A stretch of DNA of 58,045 nucleotides from Deltaproteobacteria bacterium UBA5799 (lineage in GTDB: Bacteria > Desulfobacterota > GWC2-55-46), in assembly GCA_002418185.1 (NCBI GenBank), contig DIDN01000010.1:1-58045 (forward strand), read 5' to 3'. The translations under genes and the position numbers were made by a program. The notes beneath the pieces are model-generated. The model was not told the origin of the DNA, did not search any database, and saw only the letters and a program-made list of their open reading frames with translations. Numbering within the stretch: position 1 is the stretch's first letter; every line of letters begins with the position of its first letter. Below, in pieces: positions 36,407-46,937 of this stretch.

Positions 36407-37933
36407 ATGCTCTCAAGGGTCCTTACGGCGACCACGCTCGGCGTGGACGCCCTGCTGGTAGAGGTCGAGGCCGATATATCGCGCGGCCTCCCTTCCTTCT
36501 CGACGGTCGGCCTTCCTGACAACGCGGTCAAGGAAAGCAAGGACAGGGTAAGGGCGGCTGTCAAGAACTCAGGCTTCGCCCTCCCCGCCAAGAAGATAAC
36601 CGTAAACCTGGCCCCGGCCTACATCAAGAAAGAAGGGACCACCTTCGACCTCCCGGTCGCCGTCGGCATCCTGAAGGCCGAGGGCATGATAAAGAACGAG
36701 TCGATCGAGGATTACCTCATAATGGGGGAGCTCTCGCTCGACGGCGGCATAAGGCCCATAAGGGGGGCGCTTCCGGTGGCGGTGCTCGCGCGCGAGCTGG
36801 GTAAGAAGCTCATACTGCCCCTGGAAAACCGCGGCGAGGCGGCCATCGTTAAGGGCGTGGAAGTCTACGCGGTGGGGAGCCTTGCCGAGCTTATAGAGTT
36901 CCTGAACGGGAACTCCCTCATGGAGCCTTTCACGCTGGGCGAGCGCGCGGCCTTCAGCCCCGACCCCGGGGGCCGCCCGGATATCTCCGACGTCAAGGGG
37001 CAGGAGCACGTAAAGCGGGCCCTCGAAGTCGCCGCCGCGGGCGGGCACAACGTCCTCATGATAGGCCCGCCCGGGTCCGGCAAGACCATGCTCGCCAAGA
37101 GGGTCCCCACCATATTGCCGGATTTTACCCTCGAGGAGGCCATCGGGACGACCAAGGTCCACAGCGTTGCCGGCACCCTCGCGCCGGGCGGCGCTCTCGT
37201 CACCGAGCGGCCTTTCAGGTCCCCCCATCACACGATATCCGACGCCGGGCTTATCGGAGGCGGGAGGGTGCCCCGCCCGGGCGAGGTGAGCCTCGCCCAT
37301 AACGGGGTCCTTTTCCTCGACGAGCTGCCGGAGTTCAGGAAGAACGTCCTCGAGGTCCTCAGGCAGCCGCTCGAGGACGGCAGGGTCACGATATCGAGGG
37401 CGGCGGTCTCGCTTACCTATCCGGCCGAGTTCATGCTCATAGGGGCCATGAACCCGTGTCCGTGCGGGTATCTCGGAGATGCGCACAAGGAATGCGTCTG
37501 CACGCCGCTCCAGGTCCAGCAGTACAGGTCGAGGATATCCGGGCCGCTCCTCGACAGGATAGACATCCACTGCGAGGTCCCTGCCGTGAGGTTCAGGGAG
37601 CTTTCGGGCTCGAGGGCCGGGGAGGCCTCGGCGGATATAAAGGACAGGGTCGACAGGGCCCGCGGCATCCAGGCCGGGCGGTACAAGGGCCTGGGCATAT
37701 TCTCAAACAGCAGGCTTACGGCCAGGCTCGTCAGGAGGTTCTGCGAGGCCGGCGGAGAAACGTCCAGGCTCCTTGAGACCGCTGTCGAGAGGCTCGGCCT
37801 CTCTGCAAGGGCGTATACACGGGTCTTGAAGGTCGCAAGGACCATAGCCGACCTCGACGGCTCTGAGCCGATACTCCCGCACCACGTATCCGAGGCCATC
37901 CAGTACAGGAGCCTCGACAGGCAGCTCGTCTGA
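36407..37933 (+). CDS. comM: YifB/ComM Mg-chelatase-like AAA+ ATPase
   Basis: [43 protein letters not shown]. Confidence 0.9.
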   Translation: MLSRVLTATTLGVDALLVEVEADISRGLPSFSTVGLPDNAVKESKDRVRAAVKNSGFALPAKKITVNLAPAYIKKEGTTFDLPVAVGILKAEGMIKNESIEDYLIMGELSLDGGIRPIRGALPVAVLARELGKKLILPLENRGEAAIVKGVEVYAVGSLAELIEFLNGNSLMEPFTLGERAAFSPDPGGRPDISDVKGQEHVKRALEVAAAGGHNVLMIGPPGSGKTMLAKRVPTILPDFTLEEAIGTTKVHSVAGTLAPGGALVTERPFRSPHHTISDAGLIGGGRVPRPGEVSLAHNGVLFLDELPEFRKNVLEVLRQPLEDGRVTISRAAVSLTYPAEFMLIGAMNPCPCGYLGDAHKECVCTPLQVQQYRSRISGPLLDRIDIHCEVPAVRFRELSGSRAGEASADIKDRVDRARGIQAGRYKGLGIFSNSRLTARLVRRFCEAGGETSRLLETAVERLGLSARAYTRVLKVARTIADLDGSEPILPHHVSEAIQYRSLDRQLV

Positions 37934-40812
37934 TGGAAGACGGAACGGAAAAGAAAGAGACTCGGGGCAGGCAGGTCGCGGGGCGCTGGCCAGGCGCGGC
38001 TGATATCGAGCTCCTCTCCTCCATCTTCGATTCCGCGATGGACGGGATATTCGTAATCGACAGGGAGGGCAGGTACCGCGAGGTGAACCCCGCCGGCTGC
38101 GCGATGTTCGGGTACTCGCGCGAGGAGTTCCTTTCATCCGACATAAGGCTCCTCCTTTTCCCAGAGGACGTTCCGAGGGCCTTCAAGCAGATTAAAAGGC
38201 ACGAAGGCGTCTTCTACCCGGGGTACAGGATGAGGAGGAAGGACGGCTCCGAGGTCTGGGTGGACATGACCGTCAAAACGGTCCATGCCGGGGGAGAGGA
38301 GTTGAAGCTCGGCGTCAAAAGGGACGTTACGGAACGGAAGAAGTCCGTTGACGGGATAAGGGCCTCGAAGGAGCAGCTGGAGGAGAAGGTCAGGAGGCGC
38401 ACGGCCGAGTTGAAATCGGCCAACAGGTCCCTGGAGATGCAGATATCGAAGAGGGTCAGGACCGAAGAGCTCCTCCACACAATACCCAAGGCGACGTCGT
38501 CGGTAGCGGGTGAAGAGTTCCTCCGCTCGCTCGTCCGCCACCTCGCGGTGGCGCTGGAGTTCAAGTACGCGCTCGTCGCGGAGTACATGGGCGCGATGAA
38601 GTCCCGGACCCTGGCGGTCTGGGCCAAGGGGCGCTTCGCGGACAACTTCGAGTACGTGCTCGAAGGCACCCCGTGTGAAAATGTGATCGTAAAGGGCGAG
38701 CTGTGCTCGTACCCTGGCCGCGTCCAGGAGGACTTCCCCAAAGACCGGTACCTCGTCCAGATGGAGGCCGAGAGCTATGTGGGCGTGCCGCTCGTCGGCT
38801 CGGACGGAAAGGTCCTGGGCCTCCTTGTGGCCGTAGACGACAAGCCCCTCGCGGCGGAGCACGAGGCAAAGGCGCTAATGCGCCTTTTCGCGCTAAGGGC
38901 GGCGCTTGAGCTCGAGAGGAAGAGGTCCGAGGACGAGAGGAAGAAGTCCATCGAGATGCTCAACATCATCTCCGACCATTCGGGCGCCGCGATACTCATA
39001 AAGGACTCGGACGGCAGGCACATGTTCGTTAACAAGTCGTTCGAGGGCCTCTTCCGGAGGAAAAAAGAGGAGATACTCGGCCTCAAGGACCACGACCTCT
39101 TCCCCGCCGGGACCGCCGCAACCCTGAGGGCGAACGACATGAAGGCCCTTGAGGCCGGCGGGCCCGTCGAGTTCGAGGAGGAGGTATTGGACCCCGATGG
39201 CAGGCTACTTACATTCCTTTCCGCAAAGTTCCCGGTGCCGGGGCTGCCGGGCGCTATCTGCTGCATATCGACGGACATAACCGAAAGGAAGAAGATAGAG
39301 GAGAAGCTCCGCAGAAGCGAGGAACGGCTCAGGGAGGCCCAGGCCATAGCGCACATTGGGAGCTGGGACTGGGACGTATTCAACAACAGGCTCCACTGGT
39401 CGGACGAGATATTCAGGATTTTCGGCATCGGTGCCGCGGAGTTCGAGGCCACTTACGACGCGTTCCTCTCGCTCGTCCACCCGGACGACAGGGACGAGGT
39501 GCAGCTTGCGGTCAAGGACGCGCTCGACCACGGCAGGCCCTACGACATAAGGCACAGGGTCGTGAGGCCCGACGGGACCGAGCGCATCGTGACCGAGCGG
39601 GCCGAGGTGGTGAGGGGCCCGGACGGGGAGCCGGTGCGCATGTACGGCACGACCCAGGACGTTACCGAGCACAAGAGGCTCGAGGCCGAGATATTGAGGG
39701 CCCAGAAGCTCGACTCCATCGGCGTCCTTGCCGGGGGCATAGCCCATGACTTCAACAACCTGCTCCTGGGCATCCTGGGAAACGTTTCCATTGCCAGGAA
39801 CCTCATAAAGCCCGCCGACAGGGTCGCCGGGGTGCTCGACGACATAGAGAAGGCGGCGCTCAGGACAAAGAGTCTTACGCGCCAGCTCCTTACTTTCTCC
39901 AGGGGCGGAGAGCCGGTAAGGGAGCCCGCGTCCATCGAGCAGATAGTGAAGGACTCCGCGCCGCTGGTGCTAAGGGGCTCGGAGGTCGTCTGCGAGTGGT
40001 CGTTCCCCGAGGGGCTCTGGCCTGTCGAGGTCGACCAGGGCCAGATGGCCCAGGCCGTTAGCAACATAGTCATGAACGCCGCCCAGGCCATGCCCGACGG
40101 CGGAAGGCTCGCGGTGAGCGCGTCCAACATGGACGTGAGCGAGCAGGCCCACCTCCCCCTCAAGCCGGGCAGGTACATAAAGACGACCTTCAGGGACTAC
40201 GGGACCGGCATCCCGGTAAAGCTCCTCCCAAAGCTCTTCGACCCGTTCTTCACGACCCGGAAGAAGGCGAGCGGCCTTGGGCTGTCGGTCACCTATTCGA
40301 TAATAAAAAAGCACAACGGCCACATAGGCGTGGACTCGGAAGTGGGAGAGGGCACGTCTTTCCACGTCTACCTGCCCGCTTCTGCCGGGAAGCCCGTCGA
40401 GGCCGCCGTTGACGAAACTGTCGCAAGGGGCGCGGGCAGGGTCCTTGTCATGGACGACGAGGAGCTGGTCCGGGACGTCTCTGGCGAGATGCTCAAGATA
40501 CTCGGCTACGAGGCCGTCTTCGCCGCAAACGGGGGCGAGGCCATAGAGAAGTTCCTCAAGGCCAGGGACGAGGGCAGGCCTTTCGACGCCGTCATACTCG
40601 ACCTGACGGTCCCGGGCGGCCTCGGCGGCAGGGATACGATGCGGAGATTGCTGGAGATAGACCCGGGCGTCAGGGGCATAGTCTCAAGCGGCTACTCCAA
40701 AGACCCGATAATGGCCGATTACAGGAAGTTCGGCTTCTCGGCCGTGGTCGCAAAACCGTACAGGGTGGCCGAGTTCAGCAGGGTCGTAAAGAAGGTCGTA
40801 AGCGGCGAATGA
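37933..40812 (+). CDS. Hybrid sensor histidine kinase (PAS-GAF-PAS-PAS-HisKA-HATPase-REC)
   Basis: PAS/PAC D(I/V)TE motifs, GAF segment, AHDFNNLL, FDPFFTT, GLGL, VMDDE..ILDLTVP. Confidence 0.92.
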   Translation: MEDGTEKKETRGRQVAGRWPGAADIELLSSIFDSAMDGIFVIDREGRYREVNPAGCAMFGYSREEFLSSDIRLLLFPEDVPRAFKQIKRHEGVFYPGYRMRRKDGSEVWVDMTVKTVHAGGEELKLGVKRDVTERKKSVDGIRASKEQLEEKVRRRTAELKSANRSLEMQISKRVRTEELLHTIPKATSSVAGEEFLRSLVRHLAVALEFKYALVAEYMGAMKSRTLAVWAKGRFADNFEYVLEGTPCENVIVKGELCSYPGRVQEDFPKDRYLVQMEAESYVGVPLVGSDGKVLGLLVAVDDKPLAAEHEAKALMRLFALRAALELERKRSEDERKKSIEMLNIISDHSGAAILIKDSDGRHMFVNKSFEGLFRRKKEEILGLKDHDLFPAGTAATLRANDMKALEAGGPVEFEEEVLDPDGRLLTFLSAKFPVPGLPGAICCISTDITERKKIEEKLRRSEERLREAQAIAHIGSWDWDVFNNRLHWSDEIFRIFGIGAAEFEATYDAFLSLVHPDDRDEVQLAVKDALDHGRPYDIRHRVVRPDGTERIVTERAEVVRGPDGEPVRMYGTTQDVTEHKRLEAEILRAQKLDSIGVLAGGIAHDFNNLLLGILGNVSIARNLIKPADRVAGVLDDIEKAALRTKSLTRQLLTFSRGGEPVREPASIEQIVKDSAPLVLRGSEVVCEWSFPEGLWPVEVDQGQMAQAVSNIVMNAAQAMPDGGRLAVSASNMDVSEQAHLPLKPGRYIKTTFRDYGTGIPVKLLPKLFDPFFTTRKKASGLGLSVTYSIIKKHNGHIGVDSEVGEGTSFHVYLPASAGKPVEAAVDETVARGAGRVLVMDDEELVRDVSGEMLKILGYEAVFAANGGEAIEKFLKARDEGRPFDAVILDLTVPGGLGGRDTMRRLLEIDPGVRGIVSSGYSKDPIMADYRKFGFSAVVAKPYRVAEFSRVVKKVVSGE

Positions 40813-40902
40813 TGTCCAAAGTCCAGCGTCCCTCAAAAGCTGCTATCATTTAATTAACAGCCGCCTGTTCGGTGTTTTCCCATAAAAAGGGTTTTCATAT
40901 AA

Positions 40903-40979
40903 GGGAAAGTCTGATTGATCACGTTCTCTTCGCTGCGCTCAGAATGACACAAAACGTTGGCGAATCAATCAGACCTGCC
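40903..40979. mobile_element. MITE-like element copy D (single REP arm)
   Basis: GGGAAAGTCTGATTGAT...ATCAATCAGACCTGCC ends enclosing CTTCGCTGCGCTCAGAATGACA. Confidence 0.6.
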
Positions 40980-40995
40980 ATAAGAAAGGTCGACG

Positions 40996-42126
40996 ATGAT
41001 ATACCTCGATAACGCGGCCACCTCTTTCCCCAAGCCTGAAGCGGTCTACCGGATGATAGACGAGGTCCTGAGGGAAAAGGGCGGGAACCCCGGAAAGGCG
41101 AGCCACCGGCTGGCGGTAGAGGCGAGCCGTGTTGTCTTCAGGGCCAGGGAGGCTGTCGCCATGCTCATGGGCGTCCCCGACTCTTCCAGGGTGGTCTTCA
41201 CCAAGAACGCCACCGAGGCCATAAACATTGCTCTTAAAGGGCTACTCAAGGCCGGCGACCACCTGGTCACGTCCACCTTCGAGCACAACGCTGTCGCCAG
41301 GTGCGTATCAAGGCTTGAAAGGTCCGGAGTGGAGGCGACCCGGGTGCCGCCCGACAGGGAGGGGTTCCTCTCGCCCGCTTCGGTCGGGTCCGCCATAAGG
41401 CGAAACACCAGGATGGTTGTGGTCTCCCACGCCTCGAACGTATTCGGGGCCCTGCAGCCCCTTGACGAGATAGGGAAGGTATGCAAGTCCAGGGGAGTGC
41501 TCTTCATGATAGACGCTGCGCAGACAATGGGGGCCATGCCGCTTGACACGATGGGCATGGGCGTGAATGTACTTGCCGCTACGGGCCACAAGGCCCTCTT
41601 CGGCCCGCAGGGGACGGGTTTCCTTTATGTTGGGGAGGGGGCCGAGCCGGAGCCCTTGATAGACGGCGGCACAGGAGGCGAGGGCGCCCACGCGGCTGAA
41701 CTGCCCGAGATGCTCGAGGCCGGGACCCTCAACACCCCGGGCATCGGCGGCCTCGGCGCGGGTGTCGAGTTCCTCCTTTCGGAGAAGCTCCCGAAGATAA
41801 AGGCCAGGGAGGAGGAGCTCGTCAGCATGGTCCTCAAAGGACTTTCGGGGATAGACAGGGTCTCTGTCATCGGCCCCCGGGACGCCTCCAGAAGGGCCGC
41901 CCTCGTCTCCTTCAACATAAGGGGGGTATCGCCATCTGAGGCCGGGCTCAGGCTCGACCAGGAGTTCGGCATAATGGCGAGGTGCGGCACGCACTGCGCT
42001 CCCGAGGCGCACAGGCAGGCAGGCACCTGGCCCGAGGGCTCGATAAGGGTGAGCCCCGGATATTTCACGACCGAAGAAGAAGTGGAGACGCTCATACGGG
42101 CGGTAAGGGTGCTGGCCTCAAAATAA
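40996..42126 (+). CDS. Cysteine desulfurase-family class V PLP enzyme
   Basis: IYLDNAATSFPKP, EHNAV, HASNVFG, DAAQ, GHKALFGPQG, RCGTHCAP. Confidence 0.88.
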   Translation: MIYLDNAATSFPKPEAVYRMIDEVLREKGGNPGKASHRLAVEASRVVFRAREAVAMLMGVPDSSRVVFTKNATEAINIALKGLLKAGDHLVTSTFEHNAVARCVSRLERSGVEATRVPPDREGFLSPASVGSAIRRNTRMVVVSHASNVFGALQPLDEIGKVCKSRGVLFMIDAAQTMGAMPLDTMGMGVNVLAATGHKALFGPQGTGFLYVGEGAEPEPLIDGGTGGEGAHAAELPEMLEAGTLNTPGIGGLGAGVEFLLSEKLPKIKAREEELVSMVLKGLSGIDRVSVIGPRDASRRAALVSFNIRGVSPSEAGLRLDQEFGIMARCGTHCAPEAHRQAGTWPEGSIRVSPGYFTTEEEVETLIRAVRVLASK

Positions 42127-42187
42127 CCTTCTCAGTCCCTCGCGCCTTTAGGCTGGATTTCGGGCCCCTCCTCGGTTTATCATGCCT

Positions 42188-42310
42188 TAGGCTGCTGAAA
42201 AAGCCCAATCTGCTGCGTCGTCTTCAAGATTGGACACTCCGGCGTACGATAAAAGTACGCCTCATTCCTCATTTTTCGACCCCTTGCATCTTGAGCTTTT
42301 GAGCAGCCTA
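42188..42310. mobile_element. MITE, full-length copy
   Basis: TAGGCTGCTGAAAAAGC...GCTTTTGAGCAGCCTA IRs; internal GGCGTAC/GTACGCC hairpin. Confidence 0.7.
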
Positions 42311-42367
42311 TGAGATTTTGAGCTTTTCAGCCAATTTGTTGGACCGAAACGAGAAACAGATAACAGG

Positions 42368-43387
42368 ATGATAGTCCTCGGAATAGAATCGTCATGCGAC
42401 GACACGGCCGCTTCCGTGCTGGAAGACGGGCGGGTCGTGCTCTCGTCAATAGTTTCCTCGCAGGAGTCCATCCACGCGAAATACGGGGGCGTTGTCCCAG
42501 AGCTCGCATCCAGGAGGCACATAGAGGCGATAGTGCCGGTCATCGAGGAGGCCCTCTCGAACGCAGGGAAGACACTCGACGACATCGACGGGATAGCCGT
42601 TACGCAGGGGCCGGGGCTCGTGGGCTCCCTCCTTATCGGCCTCTCCTTCGCCAAGTCGCTTTCGCTCGCGAAAGGGCTTCCGCTCACGGGCGTAAACCAC
42701 ATCGAGGCGCACGCGCACGCCGCCTTTCTTGCGGAAAAGGGTGAGAGGGGCGGGGCGCCCGGTTTCCCGTTCGTCGCGCTCATCGCCTCCGGCGGGCATA
42801 CCACACTCCTTCACTTCGAGGACGCGACCGCATACAGGGTGCTCGGCCAGACCCTTGACGACTCGGCAGGCGAGGCCTTCGACAAGGTCGCCAAACTGCT
42901 CGGGCTCGGGTATCCCGGGGGCGCCGCAATAGACAGGCTCGCCCGGGAGGGCGACAAGGGTGCAATAGATTTCCCGAGGCCGCTTGCCTCGAAGGGCAGC
43001 CTGGACTTCAGCTTCAGCGGGCTGAAGACCTCGATGCTCACCTATGTCAAAAACCTCTCCGGCCCGCCCTCTGAGGCGCTCTTAAGGGACCTCTCCGCGA
43101 GCTTCCAGGAGGCGGTCGTGGATTCCCTCGTTACAAAGGCGCTCTGGGCCCTCCGTGCAACCGGCGCGAAGGACCTCGTGGCAGCCGGGGGTGTAGCCTC
43201 CAATTCGCGGTTCAGGGCAAGGCTTTCGGAGATGGCCGAAGAGGAAGGGCTTGGTCTCTACATTCCGCACCCCAGGTACTGCACCGACAACGCCGCAATG
43301 GTCGCGTCCCTCGGCTTCCACCAGCTTGAAAAGGGCCGGCTTGCGGGGCTTGACATGAACGCAAAGCCCACCTGGGAGGGGTTCTGA
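42368..43387 (+). CDS. tsaD: tRNA N6-adenosine threonylcarbamoyltransferase
   Basis: LGIESSCDDT, GGVVPELASRRH, NHIEAH, SGGHT, GEAFDK, CTDNAAM. Confidence 0.97.
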   Translation: MIVLGIESSCDDTAASVLEDGRVVLSSIVSSQESIHAKYGGVVPELASRRHIEAIVPVIEEALSNAGKTLDDIDGIAVTQGPGLVGSLLIGLSFAKSLSLAKGLPLTGVNHIEAHAHAAFLAEKGERGGAPGFPFVALIASGGHTTLLHFEDATAYRVLGQTLDDSAGEAFDKVAKLLGLGYPGGAAIDRLAREGDKGAIDFPRPLASKGSLDFSFSGLKTSMLTYVKNLSGPPSEALLRDLSASFQEAVVDSLVTKALWALRATGAKDLVAAGGVASNSRFRARLSEMAEEEGLGLYIPHPRYCTDNAAMVASLGFHQLEKGRLAGLDMNAKPTWEGF

Positions 43388-43426
43388 GGGCCTTCTTTTT
43401 TCCTGAATACATCGAGAGGCGATTAA

Positions 43427-44275
43427 ATGGCTCCATCCGCGCGTAAGCCCGGCCAGAGGCCCGGAAGGCCCAGGAAGAGGTACGGCCAGCACTTCCTTAC
43501 CGACAGGAACATAGTAAGGAAGATAGTGTCCGCCGCCGGGGTCTCGGAAGGCGACAGGGTCCTGGAGATAGGACCGGGCACCGGAATGCTTACCGAGGGG
43601 CTTGTCGAGGCCGGGGCGAACGTGCTCGCAATCGAGGTGGACGAGGACCTGGCCGCCGGGATAAGTGAAAAATTCCAGGCCGACAGGGTCGAGGTCATAA
43701 GGGCGGACGCTCTGAAGCTCTCCTTCAAAGAGCTCTCTTCCGGGCGGAAGGAGAGCTTCAAGCTCGTCGCAAACCTCCCGTACTACATATCCGGGCCGAT
43801 GCTCGCGAAGCTCCTCGACGAACGGGAGGCGTTCACCGTCATGGTGCTCATGTTCCAGAAGGAGGTAGGCAGCAGGATCGTATCCGGGCCCGGGAGCCGC
43901 GACTACGGCATACTCTCGGTCCTCGCCCAGGCATATACGGAGGTAAGGAAGGAATTCGACGTGCCTGCAAGGCTCTTTTTCCCCAGGCCGAAGGTGGACT
44001 CGATTGTCTTGAGCTTCAGGGTGCTGGACTCCCCGAAGGTGCCCATTGTCGACGAGCTTTTTTTCAAGGCTGTCGTGAGGGCGGCCTTCGGGACGAGGCG
44101 CAAGATGCTCGTCAATTCGCTCTCGCTCATCGGGCTCGAAAAGTCCGCGATAGACGACGCCCTCAGGGAGGCGGGCATAGACCCGGCGAGGCGCGGCGAG
44201 ACCCTTGACCTCAATGAATTCGGGCGTTTGGCGCGCGCTCTCCATGAAAGGAAAAAGCCGGGGTCCGGCGGGTGA
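43427..44275 (+). CDS. rsmA: 16S rRNA m6,2A dimethyltransferase
   Basis: GQHFL, LEIGPG.G, ANLPYYI, MFQKEV, F.P.PKVDS. Confidence 0.96.
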   Translation: MAPSARKPGQRPGRPRKRYGQHFLTDRNIVRKIVSAAGVSEGDRVLEIGPGTGMLTEGLVEAGANVLAIEVDEDLAAGISEKFQADRVEVIRADALKLSFKELSSGRKESFKLVANLPYYISGPMLAKLLDEREAFTVMVLMFQKEVGSRIVSGPGSRDYGILSVLAQAYTEVRKEFDVPARLFFPRPKVDSIVLSFRVLDSPKVPIVDELFFKAVVRAAFGTRRKMLVNSLSLIGLEKSAIDDALREAGIDPARRGETLDLNEFGRLARALHERKKPGSGG

Positions 44276-44392
44276 AACCCTCCTTTATACGCTCTTGACT
44301 TTTTTCCGCCCCTGAGATAACTTGTCTCTGCTTCGATTCCGGATTCCCGAAGGCCAGCGGGCATTCAGCCAGGTTCTTATCCCCGAGAATTA

Positions 44393-45034
44393 ATGGAAAA
44401 ATCGCAATACGTAGCCATAGAGGGCCCTATCGGGGTCGGTAAATCGAGCCTTGCCGAGCTCCTCGCTAAAGAGCTCGGAGGGAGGACCCTCCTCGAGGCC
44501 GTTGACGACAACCCTTTTCTCCCAAGGTTCTACGCGGACATAAAGAAATACGCGTTCCAGACACAGCTCTTCTTCCTCCTCAGCCGCTACCAGCAGCAGA
44601 AGGAGATGTTCCAGCAGGACCTCTTCAGGTCTTCGGTTGTCGCTGACTACCTCTTTGCCAAGGACAGGATATTCGCCTACTTGAACCTCGACGAGAACGA
44701 GCTATGCCTCTACGAGCAGGTCTACAGGCTCCTCGACACCCGGATACCGAAGCCGGACCTCGTCATATACCTCCAGGCCTCGACCGGGGTGCTCCTTGAG
44801 CGTATATCGGGAAGGGGCATCGACTACGAGAAGCAGGTCAGGGAGGACTACCTCGAAAAGCTCGTAGACGCGTACAACAGGTACTTTTTCTATTACAGCG
44901 ACACGCCGCTCCTCGTGGTAAACACGACAGACATAGACTTCGTCAACAACCCGGCCGACCTCGCAAGCCTCGTGAAGGAGATAAGGTCGATAAAGGGCGG
45001 GGCGCAGCACTATATACCCGTAGCCTCAAGATAG
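44393..45034 (+). CDS. Deoxynucleoside kinase
   Basis: AIEGPIGVGKS, NPFL..FY, TQLFFLLSR, PDLVIYL. Confidence 0.9.
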   Translation: MEKSQYVAIEGPIGVGKSSLAELLAKELGGRTLLEAVDDNPFLPRFYADIKKYAFQTQLFFLLSRYQQQKEMFQQDLFRSSVVADYLFAKDRIFAYLNLDENELCLYEQVYRLLDTRIPKPDLVIYLQASTGVLLERISGRGIDYEKQVREDYLEKLVDAYNRYFFYYSDTPLLVVNTTDIDFVNNPADLASLVKEIRSIKGGAQHYIPVASR

Positions 45035-45144
45035 AAGCCGTCCCGGTATGGCCGCCGGGGTATTTTGTCCGCGCCGGAATCGGTCTATAATCTCGGACCA
45101 CGGGCTGCCCCGGCCTTGAAAGATGGGATTTCATGGTGGTTTTG

Positions 45145-45176
45145 ACCTTCCGGTAGGAACAGGCGGAAGGTTTTTT
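45145..45176 (+). terminator. Terminator-like hairpin upstream of panB
   Basis: ACCTTCCG..CGGAAGGT followed by TTTTT. Confidence 0.55.
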
Positions 45177-45289
45177 AATTTGTGGCCGGGCCGGGCAGAG
45201 ACCCCGGTTCCCCCTTGCAATAAGCCCGATAATGGGATTGAATAATAAAAGCGGCGTCTAAGCCGCCAAACTGAAAGCGGGTCACCAAG

Positions 45290-46087
45290 ATGAAGAAGTA
45301 CACGGCAGCGGAAATCATGAAAATGAAGAAAGACGGAAGGAAGATACCCGTCCTTACGGCATATGATTTCGGGACCGCGAGGATACTGGACGAGGCGGGG
45401 ATACCGATGCTGCTGGTCGGCGATTCTGCCGGCATGGTCGAGGCGGGCTACGAGACCACCCTCCCCGTGACCGTTGACGAGATAATCTATCATACGAGGG
45501 CGGTCGCAAGGGGCAGGACCAACGCCCTGGTCGTCAGCGACATGCCCTTCGGCTCCTACCAGACCTCTCTCGATGACGCCAGGAGGAACGCCGCCAGGAT
45601 AATCAAGGAAGGCGGGGCAGAGGCCGTCAAACTCGAAGGCGGGGTCCGGGCCGCAGGCGCTATAAGGGCGATAACGGACATGGACGTGCCGGTAATGGGG
45701 CACGTGGGGCTTACGCCCCAGTCGGTCCACAGGATGGGCGGCTACAGGGTGCAGGGCAAGACCAGGACCGAGGCCGAGGAGATAATCGAGGACGCGGTCG
45801 CCGTCGAGGAAGCGGGCGCCTTCTCGATAGTCCTCGAAGGAGTGCCGTCGGCCCTTGCAGGGGAGATAACCGGAAGGCTCGGCATACCGACCATTGGCAT
45901 CGGCGCGGGCCCCCACTGCGACGGACAGGTGCTCGTCGTGAACGACATGCTCGGGCTTAACGGGCAGAAGGTCCCGAGGTTCGTGAAGAGGTACGCGGAC
46001 CTGAGGAACCTCATATTCCTTGCTGCCACCGAGTACATAAAGGACGTCGTGGAGGAGAGATTTCCTTCAAAGGAGCATTCGTATTAG
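45290..46087 (+). CDS. panB: 3-methyl-2-oxobutanoate hydroxymethyltransferase
   Basis: LTAYD, LLVGDS, AVKLEGG, MGHVGLTPQ, GIGAG..CDGQVLV. Confidence 0.97.
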   Translation: MKKYTAAEIMKMKKDGRKIPVLTAYDFGTARILDEAGIPMLLVGDSAGMVEAGYETTLPVTVDEIIYHTRAVARGRTNALVVSDMPFGSYQTSLDDARRNAARIIKEGGAEAVKLEGGVRAAGAIRAITDMDVPVMGHVGLTPQSVHRMGGYRVQGKTRTEAEEIIEDAVAVEEAGAFSIVLEGVPSALAGEITGRLGIPTIGIGAGPHCDGQVLVVNDMLGLNGQKVPRFVKRYADLRNLIFLAATEYIKDVVEERFPSKEHSY

Positions 46088-46937
46088 GCCGGCAAAGGTA
46101 TTAACCGGAATAAGAGACATGCGCGAGGCCTCTAACGAGGCGCGCTCAAAGGGGAAGAAGGTCGTCCTGGTGCCGACCATGGGGTTTCTCCACGACGGCC
46201 ACAGGGCGCTCCTTGAAAGGGGCAGGGCCGAAGGCGAGTTCCTCGTCATGAGCCTCTTCGTAAACCCATCGCAATTCGGCCCTGGCGAGGATTTCTCATC
46301 CTATCCGAGGGGCCTTGACCGGGACCTGGAGATCGCCTCAGAGGAGGGCGTGGAAATCGTATTCGCCCCCGATGCAGGGGAGATGTACCCCCCGGGCTTC
46401 AGCACATGGGTAGAGGTCGAGGGGCTCTCGGGCAAGCTTTGCGGCGCTGCAAGGCCAGGCCACTTCAGGGGGGTGGCGACGGTCGTATTGAAGCTCTTCA
46501 GCGCGGTCCGGCCCCAAAAGGCCGTATTCGGGCTCAAGGACTTCCAGCAGTTCCGTATAATCGAGAGGATGGCCCGCGACCTCGACTTGCCGGTCGATAT
46601 CATCGGGGTCGAGACAATAAGGGAGCATGACGGCCTCGCAATGAGCTCCCGTAACACGTATCTCGGCCCGGATGAGAGGAAGGCCGCTCGCGCCATACCG
46701 GTCTCGCTAAGGGCAGCCCGCGACGCAGTCGACGCCGGGGTGCGGGAAAGCGGGAAGATCATCGAAATAGTGAAAAATATCATGGAGAAAGAGCCGCTGG
46801 CCGTGATAGAATATATTAAGGTGTGCAGCGGCGACTCGCTTGAGGACACCGAAGAGGCAGAAAGCGGCTCGGTGCTTTTCATCGCGGTCAGGATAGGGAG
46901 GGCGAGGCTCATAGACAACATGAGGCTCGTGCAATGA
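46083..46937 (+). CDS. panC: Pantoate-beta-alanine ligase (probable ATT start at 46083; first ATG at 46119)
   Basis: VPTMGFLHDGH, FVNPSQF, RPGHFRGV, FGLKDFQQ, GLAMSSRN, RLIDN. Confidence 0.93.
   Translation: MRPAKVLTGIRDMREASNEARSKGKKVVLVPTMGFLHDGHRALLERGRAEGEFLVMSLFVNPSQFGPGEDFSSYPRGLDRDLEIASEEGVEIVFAPDAGEMYPPGFSTWVEVEGLSGKLCGAARPGHFRGVATVVLKLFSAVRPQKAVFGLKDFQQFRIIERMARDLDLPVDIIGVETIREHDGLAMSSRNTYLGPDERKAARAIPVSLRAARDAVDAGVRESGKIIEIVKNIMEKEPLAVIEYIKVCSGDSLEDTEEAESGSVLFIAVRIGRARLIDNMRLVQ

Noticed and set aside
44325-44385. tRNA suggested by TTCGATTCC
   Set aside because: No cloverleaf, acceptor stem or D-arm can be built
45095-45212. 6S or SRP RNA
   Set aside because: Too short for 6S, lacks the usual zapA/ygfA context, and has no SRP domain IV motif
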